A DNA stretch of 45,136 bases. It comes from an uncultured bacterium. GTDB lineage: Bacteria > CSSED10-310 > CAZUFC01. Positions 30,065 through 39,555 of the stretch are shown here, in pieces; positions within the stretch are counted from its first letter, which is position 1, and the number at the start of each line of letters is the position of its first letter. A program made the position numbers and the translations under genes. The DNA lies in NCBI GenBank assembly GCA_964619725.1, contig CAZUFC010000068.1:1-45136 (forward strand), in the 5' to 3' direction. Below the pieces are notes generated by a model. That model was not told the DNA's origin. It saw only the letters and a list, made by a program, of their open reading frames with translations, and ran no database searches.

Positions 30065-31579
30065 ATGATTCCCTATACTATTCGAAAAATAATCGAGGTT
30101 TTCAACACGCCCTTGATGTTTGTTCTGACGACTCTAACGCTGTTGATCATACTGTTTTCGGCTTTTGCAGGTTATTCGATGCACGCGGTGAACATATTAA
30201 ACAACCCGCTGCCTGTGAACTATGGAGAAGGAACCTTGCTGAATCTCTGCGTGGAGCTGGCAGAGAAGGGCAATTACTATTGGGACATACATGAATATCC
30301 CTTTATTCACGGGGCATATCCGCCGGTTTTCATGCTGGCATCGTCTCCGCTCATTAAAATGTTCGGCCCCAGGTTCATAACAGGCCGGATTCTGTCGATC
30401 CTGGCTACCATACTGATCGCTCTCATTATATATCGAAAAGTGCGGGGATATTCGCAAAACTCTCTTCTTGCCGTCATCTTCGGACTGTTCGTTTTTACGC
30501 CTAATTTCGTATATGAATTTTCGCCGTTAATGAGAGTGGACATGCCGGCCATTTTGTTCAGCCTGCTGGGACTTTATTTTTACTTCAGGTACAAACCCAA
30601 AAATTCACCCGCCAGATTCCTTTGTCACATCTTTTTTATACTCGGCTTTTACACCAAGCAAAACGCACTGGCCGCTCCCCTGGCGCTGTTCGCCTGGCTG
30701 GCGTTAGTTGAACGAGACTGGAAGGAAATGTTCCTCAACTTGAGTTTATACCTGGCGCCGTTGCTGGGAATTTTTCTGATATACAACCAATCGACGGACG
30801 GAGAATTTTACCGGCATACGATTCCCTATATGGAATTTTACGAGATCAATTACTCCTTTTCACTGGCCTGTTACTGGAGTTTCATCAAACGGACCTGGCT
30901 GCTTTTGATTTTATCCGCGGTTTCTTTATTTCAATTCAGAAGGCTGAACATTTACACGTTTTATTTCCTTTTCGCTTTCATTTTTCTGGTCACTATCGGA
31001 AAAGCCGGCGCCTACATCAATTACTTTATAGAACCTTTTCTGGCGCTCCTCATTCTCAGCGCTTTTTCTGCTCATGATTTTTCAGGTTTCATAAAAAGAA
31101 ACGCTTTTTTCACGTTATTGAACGTCATTTTAATAGTGACCGCCCTGCAACTCATGCCGTCCTTCAACAAATACCAGGATGCCTGGGAAAGGATCACAGA
31201 CGCAAAATATGGAATCATGCAGGAAAAACAACTGGAGGCGACGCGGTATCTGCTGAATCTTTTCGAGGGAGAAGTCATCGCCGAAGAAATGGGTCACCTG
31301 CTGATCAGCGGCAAGGAAGTGATTTTCGAACCTTTTCAATTCCAGCAGATGGCCGAACAGGGACTATGGGACCCTTCCGTTCTGATTCAGGACTGCTTTG
31401 AAGAAAAATTTCCCATTATTCTATCCGGTAGAATCATCGAATCCATGCCCGGGATGACCGACTGCATCAAGAAGCATTATTTTGAACTGCGTCCTCATTC
31501 GAAAATTTACGTACTGAAAAAATACAAGGAAAAAATCTGTACAGACCCTTACCTCAAGAATTTGAAGATATGTCGATAA
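30065..31579 (+). CDS. GT-C-fold membrane glycosyltransferase (ArnT/PMT_2-like)
   Basis: YGEG, YPPVF, GRILS, RVD, YTKQN, GKAGAYINYFIE; many TM helices. Confidence 0.8.
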   Translation: MIPYTIRKIIEVFNTPLMFVLTTLTLLIILFSAFAGYSMHAVNILNNPLPVNYGEGTLLNLCVELAEKGNYYWDIHEYPFIHGAYPPVFMLASSPLIKMFGPRFITGRILSILATILIALIIYRKVRGYSQNSLLAVIFGLFVFTPNFVYEFSPLMRVDMPAILFSLLGLYFYFRYKPKNSPARFLCHIFFILGFYTKQNALAAPLALFAWLALVERDWKEMFLNLSLYLAPLLGIFLIYNQSTDGEFYRHTIPYMEFYEINYSFSLACYWSFIKRTWLLLILSAVSLFQFRRLNIYTFYFLFAFIFLVTIGKAGAYINYFIEPFLALLILSAFSAHDFSGFIKRNAFFTLLNVILIVTALQLMPSFNKYQDAWERITDAKYGIMQEKQLEATRYLLNLFEGEVIAEEMGHLLISGKEVIFEPFQFQQMAEQGLWDPSVLIQDCFEEKFPIILSGRIIESMPGMTDCIKKHYFELRPHSKIYVLKKYKEKICTDPYLKNLKICR

Positions 31580-31986
31580 AGCGGCGTATGTTCAAGCAGG
31601 CGAAATGCCTGTAATCCCGGCGGAATGTTTCGAATTAAAAGCGCCGAGCATTCACAGACGTATCGGACATCCATATTCGCTTCAGAGATTAGCCGGGGGG
31701 ACCTGACCTTCCGAAAACGGTTTTGATGCGGTTCTGTTCCGTAATTTGGATTCATTCGAAATAATTTGTATAATGGGAAGCGTCGGTTTTTAACCGAAGG
31801 GTAGACGGAAAGCTGAAAAATTCATCATGACGATAAATCAAATATTTTTATGGCTGCATGCCTGTCCCTGCATATCCTCCCGGAGGACATCGAAAATGTG
31901 CGAGACATCATCGCTGCCGGATTATTTCGAACCGCGGTTTTGGGATATGTCGGCATCAGAACTCAATATTTTTCAGGAGAAATAAA

Positions 31987-34900
31987 ATGACGAGAAAACT
32001 GAGCATATTGATTACACTTTTTATTCTATTGTGCTGGAGTTATTCTGCGGCATTCGATGCGCCGGATGCGGAATGGGAATCGATACGTGAAATGCAGATT
32101 CACAGGCCGGAGATGCTAGTGTCGCCGACAGGCGCTTTTCATTCATATAAAGAAGGTCTGGGGTGGAATAAGCCGGTCTGGATTGAATTTTTGAACCGTT
32201 ACGGCGATCAATGGGACATATCGATCGATCATCGGAGCGGCAGGCCGGATTTGATTCAGGGCAGCGGTATTCCCTGGATTCCGGGAGATGGAAACGATCT
32301 GGGGGAAGAGTATCTGGATCAGTATGGCCTTGAAGCCGGCGAAGTTCCTGATCCTGCTTTTTTTGAATATTTAGCGTTGCGATTCATAGATGAACATTCG
32401 GGACTCTTTAAAGCGGACAGGGAACAGATCAAATTCGACGAGCAGGGTTCCTATTTCAGCGAACGATACGTATCGCTGCGATTTACACAGAAATATAAAG
32501 GCACAAGAGTATGGAAGAGTCATTTATTTTTTCGGATAAACAACGGGAATCTGATCCAGTTCGGCAGTCATTTTTTTGAAAACGTGACATGTTCAGCAGA
32601 GTCGGAAATAGGTTCTGAGGAGGCTTTCGACAGATTACGGCGCTATCTTTCTCAGCGGTTGCCGGGAGAATATTACATAGTGAGGCCGATAGAAAAGATG
32701 TTCGTCCCTGTCGCTTCAGAAGGAAAAGATTACAAGGCGGGAGAACCGTTCGAAGGGGAAGAGGGAACCGGCTATGATCACAAGCTGGTATACGAGTTGT
32801 ATATAGGAAGCGAGACCAGTTCGATAATCTGGCATGCGCTGACGGACGCTCATACGGGCGAGCTCTTGATATTGCAGGATGCCCGGAAGTTCGGCGTGGT
32901 TCAGGGTGGAATATATCCCGTGACGAACAGCGAACCGGAAGTAATTCGTTCATTTCCTTATGCGGCGGTCAGCAACAACGGGACGAAGACAGCGGACCTG
33001 GGCGGCAATTATTTTTACGACGGCGGCATGACAAGCTGCAATTTAAATGGATTATATGTCCGAATCAGTGACTCCTGCGGAACAGTCGATTTATCGAATT
33101 CCTTTTATCCCGGGAATCTGAATTTCGGGTCGGGAGCCGGAACGGACTGCTCAACGCCCGGTTTCGGAGGCGGCGGTAACACTCACACGTCTCGAAGCTG
33201 TTTTTATCTGATGAACTGGATGAAGGAAAAGATAAGGTATTATCAGCCTGGATTAGCTTATTGGGTGGACGGGAAGTTGAGGGCGAACGGAAACATCAAC
33301 AGCACCTGCAATGCTTACTGGGACGGAAGCAGCGTTAATTTTTACAAATCCGGCGGAGGCTGTTCCAACACGGGCGAACTTGCGGCAGTGATACTCCATG
33401 AAACGTCTCATGGACTGGACGATCACGATCAGAACGGGTTCTCGGCCGACGAAGGTTCCGGGGAAGCGTACGCGGATACGGGAGCTTTTTTGATGACTCA
33501 TTCGTCCTGTATCGGTCACAATTTCAGACCTGGAGTTCCCTGCAGTTTAGGATGCGATTCGAGTTGCACGGGTGTTCGTGATGTTGATACTGCAGAAGAT
33601 GTAACAGTTTGGAACATCGAATCGTCTCCGGCGGATTGCGACCGTTGGAGCTGCCCTTATTGGGGGTATATGGGACCCATGGGATATGAGGGGCATTGTG
33701 AGAGTCTGATAGCGAGCCAGGCCTGGTGGGATGCGATAAAAGCGGTGCGCAACGAAGTAGGCGATGATACGGGATGGGTCTGGGCCGACAGACTCTGGTA
33801 TATTGGACTGGCCGTGTTCGACAGGGCTTACCAGTTGGTTTCGGGCGGACGCTGCAATCCCGGCGCGCAGGTGAACGGCTGCAACAGCGACAGTTATTAT
33901 AACGTTTTACTGGGTATCGACGACGATGACGGAAATCTGGCTAACGGCACACCTCATGGCTGCAGAATCTGGGAGCAATTCAACGCTCACGGAATAGCAT
34001 GCGGCATGCAACCTCAATGTTTTTCCTCCTGTCCGTCCGTAGGAAGGCCTGAAATTGAAGCATTCAGTACGGGCGGAGCGGCCATGATAACCTGGGAAGA
34101 AGTCGCCGGAGCCGATTCATACGAAATATTCCGTAACGACATCGGATGCGATTACGGCTGGTTCCCCATGGGCATCGTCGACTCGACATTCTGGCCTGAT
34201 CATGAAGTCGCCGTAGACAGAACGTATTTTTACGCTGTCCAGGCCATCGGTGAAGATACGGATTGTCGAGGACAAATCTCCGAATGCGAATCCGTCGTCA
34301 TTATCGCCGGTCCGACTAATACTCCAGGTCCGCCCACGAATACGCCCACCATTACCCCTACGCCCACTCCCAGTCCCTGCATCTGGGCCGGATTCAATCC
34401 GCTCGAAAATCCCGTGGACGATAACCGCTACGACAATACCACCTACTTCTACGATGACGGAGATGGAACCGGCAGCGTCAACGAAAACGGCGTTTTGACG
34501 GGCTGGTCTGTTAAAGCCATGGCTGCTGGTCAAATAGCTCTGCGTATCATCAGACCCCTGGCAGGAAACCAATACTCCTTCGTCGGCGGTTCGCAAATGG
34601 TCAATGTCTCCTACGGCTTCAACGACTTTCCCGATTCGCTCAATATTCCCGTCCAACAAGGTGATATCGCCGCTCTCTATTATCCCGCCGGTAATGCTGA
34701 AATCGGACTGAACGGATCAAACGATTATTTGTGGTTTTACGAAGGCGACGTTGCTGATACGGTCACCTTCACCAGAGGAGGAAATTCTTCCCGAAACGGC
34801 TACCAGCTAGTCAGAATCTACGGCGACTGCGACGGTACTCCAACACCCACTCCAACGCCGACTCCTACAGCAACATCCGATACTATGCCTACCATAACGC

Positions 34901-35280
34901 CCTCTCCCGAACCCACTGAAAATTATCTCCCCGATGAACTATGCATGGTCCTGGAACTCAACCAGTCCCTATATACCGAAAACGACCCTTTCAAACTGAC
35001 TTGCCGCTACTTTAACCCCGATACCCCCGAACTCCTGCAGCAGTTCATTATCCTGGATTGCAACGGCCTCCTGTTCTTCTGGCCCTCCTGGTCATCCTTC
35101 GTCGATTATGAATACTTATTCCCCGTTCAAAACGTCTGGACCCAGGATACTATTCTCGATTTCATCTGGCCCGAAAACTCCGGAGCCGCCGACGGCCTGG
35201 TTTTCTTTGGAGCTTTCCTCGATCCGGGCGATATGACTCTGGCGTGCGATATCGCTTCCGCTGAGTTCGGTTTCAATTAG
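31987..35280 (+). CDS. Secreted M4/M36-like zinc metalloprotease with propeptide, FN3-like domain, P/T linkers and conserved C-terminal domain
   Basis: ATG 31987 after CAGGAG; signal peptide; FTP/PepSY-like RFTQKYKGTRV and DAHTGELL; CNAYWDG, HETSH, GEAYAD; TYFYAVQA. Confidence 0.9.
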   Translation: MTRKLSILITLFILLCWSYSAAFDAPDAEWESIREMQIHRPEMLVSPTGAFHSYKEGLGWNKPVWIEFLNRYGDQWDISIDHRSGRPDLIQGSGIPWIPGDGNDLGEEYLDQYGLEAGEVPDPAFFEYLALRFIDEHSGLFKADREQIKFDEQGSYFSERYVSLRFTQKYKGTRVWKSHLFFRINNGNLIQFGSHFFENVTCSAESEIGSEEAFDRLRRYLSQRLPGEYYIVRPIEKMFVPVASEGKDYKAGEPFEGEEGTGYDHKLVYELYIGSETSSIIWHALTDAHTGELLILQDARKFGVVQGGIYPVTNSEPEVIRSFPYAAVSNNGTKTADLGGNYFYDGGMTSCNLNGLYVRISDSCGTVDLSNSFYPGNLNFGSGAGTDCSTPGFGGGGNTHTSRSCFYLMNWMKEKIRYYQPGLAYWVDGKLRANGNINSTCNAYWDGSSVNFYKSGGGCSNTGELAAVILHETSHGLDDHDQNGFSADEGSGEAYADTGAFLMTHSSCIGHNFRPGVPCSLGCDSSCTGVRDVDTAEDVTVWNIESSPADCDRWSCPYWGYMGPMGYEGHCESLIASQAWWDAIKAVRNEVGDDTGWVWADRLWYIGLAVFDRAYQLVSGGRCNPGAQVNGCNSDSYYNVLLGIDDDDGNLANGTPHGCRIWEQFNAHGIACGMQPQCFSSCPSVGRPEIEAFSTGGAAMITWEEVAGADSYEIFRNDIGCDYGWFPMGIVDSTFWPDHEVAVDRTYFYAVQAIGEDTDCRGQISECESVVIIAGPTNTPGPPTNTPTITPTPTPSPCIWAGFNPLENPVDDNRYDNTTYFYDDGDGTGSVNENGVLTGWSVKAMAAGQIALRIIRPLAGNQYSFVGGSQMVNVSYGFNDFPDSLNIPVQQGDIAALYYPAGNAEIGLNGSNDYLWFYEGDVADTVTFTRGGNSSRNGYQLVRIYGDCDGTPTPTPTPTPTATSDTMPTITPSPEPTENYLPDELCMVLELNQSLYTENDPFKLTCRYFNPDTPELLQQFIILDCNGLLFFWPSWSSFVDYEYLFPVQNVWTQDTILDFIWPENSGAADGLVFFGAFLDPGDMTLACDIASAEFGFN

Positions 35281-35334
35281 TGCCTGTCCATAAACTCGAA
35301 TCTCAATTCAAAAAATATTGGTGGACAGCCACTA
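35278..35334 (+). mobile_element. 57-bp MITE/REP-like element (family B), copy 1
   Basis: Terminal inverted repeats TAGTGCCTGTCCA / TGGACAGCCACTA (12 of 13 match); homologous to 45083-45136. Confidence 0.75.
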
Positions 35335-35336
35335 AT

Positions 35337-35391
35337 TAGACTGGCAGGCATTTAATTTTAAATCGAGATTCGCTTTTATGGGCAGGCGCTT
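35337..35391 (-). mobile_element. Family B element, inverted degenerate copy 2
   Basis: Reverse complement aagcgcctgcccataaaagcgaatctcgatttaaaattaaatgcctgccagtcta aligns without gaps to the copy at 45083. Confidence 0.75.
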
Positions 35392-35422
35392 GTTTACTTC
35401 GTTCTAAACACCAAACAATCTG

Positions 35423-35574
35423 TCATTTTATTTCGATTTCGATCACGATTGCGATACCGATGCCATACCGATTACGATACCGACTCCGATACCGATACCG
35501 ATCACGATTGCGATGTCGACACAAATTGTCAAAAGTCTTGAAAGAATTCCCGGCTTGATCAGTCCCAAAAAATG
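35423..35574 (+). repeat. Repeat family A, longest copy (about 15 NNCGAT hexamers plus tail)
   Basis: tcattttat ttcgat ttcgat cacgat tgcgat accgat ... gtcgac acaaattgtcaaaagtcttgaaagaattcccggcttgatcagtcccaaaaaatg. Confidence 0.92.
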
Positions 35575-35721
35575 CTAATTACTTTGGCGATATCGTGCCT
35601 CAAACAACATGCATCTTGAATTTATTTTGATTATTCATTAATCTTTGGTGAACTCTCTTCGACCGCATCCTTCACGGCCAGTCGAAATTAACGATTAAAC
35701 TCATGGGCTCCGGCAGACACA

Positions 35722-37137
35722 ATGACTGAAAAAATTGAAACAATCGCCTGCGATATTTATTCACGCTATTCGCATGCCTCGGAAATTCTCGATATTCTGA
35801 TGAAATCCGTTTCTCGCCCCCTTGTTCTCGACGTCGGAGGCCAACAAAATTTTTTAAAACGTTTCCGGCGGCAATACCAGGTGATTATTGCGGATACGTC
35901 GCCCTTGTCGAAACAATCGGCCGTTCAGGCCGACGGACTCCATTTGCCGTTCAAAGATAATTGCTTCGATGCCGCAGTCAGCCTGGATACTCTGGAACAT
36001 ATAGCGCCTCGGTCAAGAGAAACATTCATCAGCGAGTTGATAAGAACGACTAAAAAATACGTTGTTCTCAGTTGTCCGGTAAATTCCGCGGAGGCGGTTA
36101 AGGCCGAAAACCTTCTGGCTGAATTGTATTCAGGGATAACGGACCAGTCTCATGCTTTTCTGAAGGAACATAGCGAAACAGGCCTGCCACAACTCGAACA
36201 AATAGAAAAAATCGCCCGGAAATTGGAGTACAAAGCCTCCTTCCAACCCTCATTTTTCCTGCCACATTGGTTCATCATCATGACGCTGCAACTCGCATTG
36301 GAAACGCTGCCCTTCGGCAATCCACTGATAAAGGAATTCAACGCTTTTTACAACAGATGTTTTCTGAAACGAGACAGACGCATACCGGCCTATCGTTACA
36401 TGATCATCCTTCATCCGGAACAGGAATCGCTCGAACTTCCGGGAACGCTCCCGGATAAATCGAACTCTTACGATCCGCTTTTCAATAAATCAAGATCACT
36501 AATAGAAAAACTCATCGACTATTGCAAAAACGCCATAGAAACGAAAAAGTTATACGAGGAGATAAAAACCGGTTCCGGGTTCGAGAAAGCCTTTCGTGAT
36601 TTGCAGTCTTACTGCAGACGGGTGCATGAAGAGAAGGAGGCCCTGGAAAAGGAAAACAAGCGAATCTACGTTGATTTTACAGGGTTGAGCGAAACTTATG
36701 CTGAATTGAAAAAAGCCTACGAAAGACTGGAAAAGCATATTCAGGAATTGAGCGAACAGAATGAGCTGATATTTAATCACCGCACATCGCTGGAGAAGAC
36801 ATACGACCGGTTTGCTGAGAGATATAAATCGTTGGAAAAGGAGCATGCCCGCGTTTCTGAAAGCCGTGAGGAGTTAGAAAATCGATTACAGGAGAAGGAC
36901 AAGGAGATACGGAATCACAAGAGTCATATAAAGCAGGTAGAGGATTTTATTGAAAAGGAACGGGCTGATCACAGGGAAAAACTGTTGCGGCTCGAAAAAT
37001 TGACCGGCGAATACGTCGAACTGTCCGGTTACACAAGTAAACTGAAGGAACAACTTGACAGAAAAACAGAACATGCGAAGGAACTGGAAGATTACGTTCA
37101 TGAATTATTGTCGAAGCTTCGCCGTTATGATTCATAG
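35722..37137 (+). CDS. Class I SAM methyltransferase fused to a long C-terminal coiled coil (WbdD-like architecture)
   Basis: VLDVGG, LPFKDNCFDAAVSLDTLEHI; about 190 aa of E/K/L-rich heptads. Confidence 0.85.
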   Translation: MTEKIETIACDIYSRYSHASEILDILMKSVSRPLVLDVGGQQNFLKRFRRQYQVIIADTSPLSKQSAVQADGLHLPFKDNCFDAAVSLDTLEHIAPRSRETFISELIRTTKKYVVLSCPVNSAEAVKAENLLAELYSGITDQSHAFLKEHSETGLPQLEQIEKIARKLEYKASFQPSFFLPHWFIIMTLQLALETLPFGNPLIKEFNAFYNRCFLKRDRRIPAYRYMIILHPEQESLELPGTLPDKSNSYDPLFNKSRSLIEKLIDYCKNAIETKKLYEEIKTGSGFEKAFRDLQSYCRRVHEEKEALEKENKRIYVDFTGLSETYAELKKAYERLEKHIQELSEQNELIFNHRTSLEKTYDRFAERYKSLEKEHARVSESREELENRLQEKDKEIRNHKSHIKQVEDFIEKERADHREKLLRLEKLTGEYVELSGYTSKLKEQLDRKTEHAKELEDYVHELLSKLRRYDS

Positions 37138-37149
37138 AGGATGTGACAA

Positions 37150-39555
37150 ATGAGCAGAGCGCTGATATTCGGATTATGTCCATTGCCGTTTGAAAATACG
37201 ATTAAATCTTTCGGACCCGGCATAAGGGTCTGGCAATTCATTCAACCTTTATTAAAAGCCGGTCATGAACCGGCATTGGCGGCTTTCCGCATACCCGGGA
37301 CTTATCCTCGCACGATTGATCCGATTGTATTCACCGACCGTTGGGGGTTTCCTTACTGGTCGATGGATCAACAGCTTTTTGAGAACCGCAAGCATATAGA
37401 AGAGATTTACAGAAAATTCAGGCCTGACGTCATTCTTGCCTGCACTATTTTCAGCACAAAAGCGCCGATCATGCTTCAGCCGAAGGAACCTTTGTGGATA
37501 GACCTTTTCGGCCATGTAATGGCGGAAGCACAGGCTAAAGCCTACCGGTACGACGATGATTCTTACCTTTATCATTTCTGGAGTTATGAGCGGGAAGCGA
37601 TATGCAACGGAGACGTATTTTCATCGGTTTCGGAATCGCAAAGGCATGCGACCATCGGCGAATTAGGGGCTATGGGGCGACTGAATCGTCTGACCACGGG
37701 ATATGAATTCGTTTATTCGATTCCCTGCGGCGTTGAAAATTCTCCTTACGAACATGACAGGAAAGTTCTTCGGGGATTAGATGTTGATGAGGATGATTTC
37801 GTCGTTTTGTGGAGCGGCGGTTATAACACCTGGACGGACATCGACACGTTGTTCCAGGGTATTGAAATTGCTATGTCCCGAAACCCCAGGATCAAATTCG
37901 TCTCTACCGGCGGCATGATTGACGGACATGATGAAAAAACTTACCCGGCCTTTCTGAAGCTGATAGAGGCTTCTTCTTATCGGGAACGTTTCATTATGAA
38001 AGGTTGGGTGCCGAAACAGGACGTTCACAATTATTACTTTGAATCGAATGTCGGCATAAATATCGATAAATTCATGTATGAAGGTATGTTCGGAAGCAAA
38101 AACAGGGTTCTGGACTGGATGAGAGCAGGATTGCCGGCCCTGGTGGGTGAATTGTGCGAATTATCCCTGATGCTTGAAAGTCAGGAAATAGGATTTAAAT
38201 ATCCCTTGGGAAAACCGGAAATGCTGGCTGAAAAAATAATCGAGCTTTCGCTGAACAAAGATTATGTGGCTCAGGTCGGAAAACAGGCGCTTCAATACGC
38301 CATGGAACATTTAACATTTGAAAAAACGGTCCAGCCGTTCCTTCAATGGATGGAAAAAGCCGAACCAGCCCCTGATAGATACGTCCAGATTAATTTCGTG
38401 CAACCCTCCATGTATTCCCCGAATAAGAACGATGAATGCGGAACGTCGAACAAGGCCGCTGCATCCCTGCGCCGTGAATTGATCCAAAAGAAACGCCAGA
38501 TCGATCAAATCGAACATTACGTCAGACATATAGAAAACGAATTAAGAAAAAGAGACCGTTTTTCATCCAAGGAACTGCTCTATCTCGCAGCGGTAAAATT
38601 CAAAAGAAGATTTCAAAATGTTAAATGCGCTCAAGCCCTGCCCTTCAGCGCTTTGCCGGAAACGCCAAAGGTATCGGTCGTTATTCCCCATTACAATGGA
38701 GCCTCTTATATCAGGGGCTGTCTTCAGTCGGTTCAGGCATCCGGCTGGGCAAACTACGAAATCATAGTCGTCGATGATGCTTCTGAAGACGAGTCCCTGA
38801 CGATCATCAGAAATGAATTTCCAACAGTTAAAGTAATGAGAAACGAAAAAAATATGGGATTCGCCGCTTCCTGCAACAGAGGCATTCGAGAAGCCGGCGG
38901 CCGCATAATCATATTGCTGAACCAGGATACGATCGTGGGGCCGGACTTCATTGAACAGATGGCGAAACAACTGATGCTGAATCCGCTGACAGGCATCGCC
39001 GGAGCAAAATTATATCAGGAGGACGGTCATACTCTGCAACATGCCGGAGGCATTCTGCACGATAATGCTCTGACCGATCACAGGGGCGCCGGCGAGACGG
39101 ATGACGGAAAATATCAGGAGATCGCCGACGTCGATTACGTCACGGGCGCTGCCATGGGTTTCCGGACAGAACTGATTGAACGTATCGGTCTGCTTGATGA
39201 AGGTTACAGGCCGGCCTATTTTGAAGAACTCGATTTTTGCCGGCGTACCGTTGATGAAGGCTTCAGAGTCGTCTTCCTGCCCCAGGCGGCCGCCGTTCAC
39301 TTTGAATCCGTCGTCAGCGGCAAACTTTCGAAAAAATTCCTCAACCGATACCATAAAAACCGTATACGTTACGTGCTGAAAAATTACGGTTTAAAAGAAA
39401 TGGCGACCCGTTTTCTGAAAGCCGAAGTTAAATGGCTCGTTAAAGCCAAACCGAAAGATCATATTCCCGCGCTGCTTAAGGCCTACATCATTAATTTGGT
39501 CCTACTGCCCGAAACCTTTGCTGCCCGCTTCTCGTCAGGAGCGTGGCGAAGATGA
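37150..39555 (+). CDS. Bifunctional glycosyltransferase: GT-B (GT4-like), short coiled coil, GT2
   Basis: WSGGYNTWTD, RVLDWMRAGLP; KVSVVIPHYN, IIVVDDAS, NMGFAASCNRG, LLNQD, YVTGAAM, YFEELDFC. Confidence 0.9.
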   Translation: MSRALIFGLCPLPFENTIKSFGPGIRVWQFIQPLLKAGHEPALAAFRIPGTYPRTIDPIVFTDRWGFPYWSMDQQLFENRKHIEEIYRKFRPDVILACTIFSTKAPIMLQPKEPLWIDLFGHVMAEAQAKAYRYDDDSYLYHFWSYEREAICNGDVFSSVSESQRHATIGELGAMGRLNRLTTGYEFVYSIPCGVENSPYEHDRKVLRGLDVDEDDFVVLWSGGYNTWTDIDTLFQGIEIAMSRNPRIKFVSTGGMIDGHDEKTYPAFLKLIEASSYRERFIMKGWVPKQDVHNYYFESNVGINIDKFMYEGMFGSKNRVLDWMRAGLPALVGELCELSLMLESQEIGFKYPLGKPEMLAEKIIELSLNKDYVAQVGKQALQYAMEHLTFEKTVQPFLQWMEKAEPAPDRYVQINFVQPSMYSPNKNDECGTSNKAAASLRRELIQKKRQIDQIEHYVRHIENELRKRDRFSSKELLYLAAVKFKRRFQNVKCAQALPFSALPETPKVSVVIPHYNGASYIRGCLQSVQASGWANYEIIVVDDASEDESLTIIRNEFPTVKVMRNEKNMGFAASCNRGIREAGGRIIILLNQDTIVGPDFIEQMAKQLMLNPLTGIAGAKLYQEDGHTLQHAGGILHDNALTDHRGAGETDDGKYQEIADVDYVTGAAMGFRTELIERIGLLDEGYRPAYFEELDFCRRTVDEGFRVVFLPQAAAVHFESVVSGKLSKKFLNRYHKNRIRYVLKNYGLKEMATRFLKAEVKWLVKAKPKDHIPALLKAYIINLVLLPETFAARFSSGAWRR

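Noticed and set aside
31785-31820. ACCGAAGGGTAGACGGAAAGCTG resembling a c-di-GMP-I riboswitch
   Set aside because: Lacks the upstream GGxAAA element, a solid P2 stem and the downstream P3.
35432-35520. Hexamer array as a CRISPR array
   Set aside because: 6-nt period, no 25-45 nt repeats with unique spacers, no cas genes.
35584-35599. TGGCGATATCGTGC as a sigma54 promoter
   Set aside because: GG-to-GC spacing is one base short.
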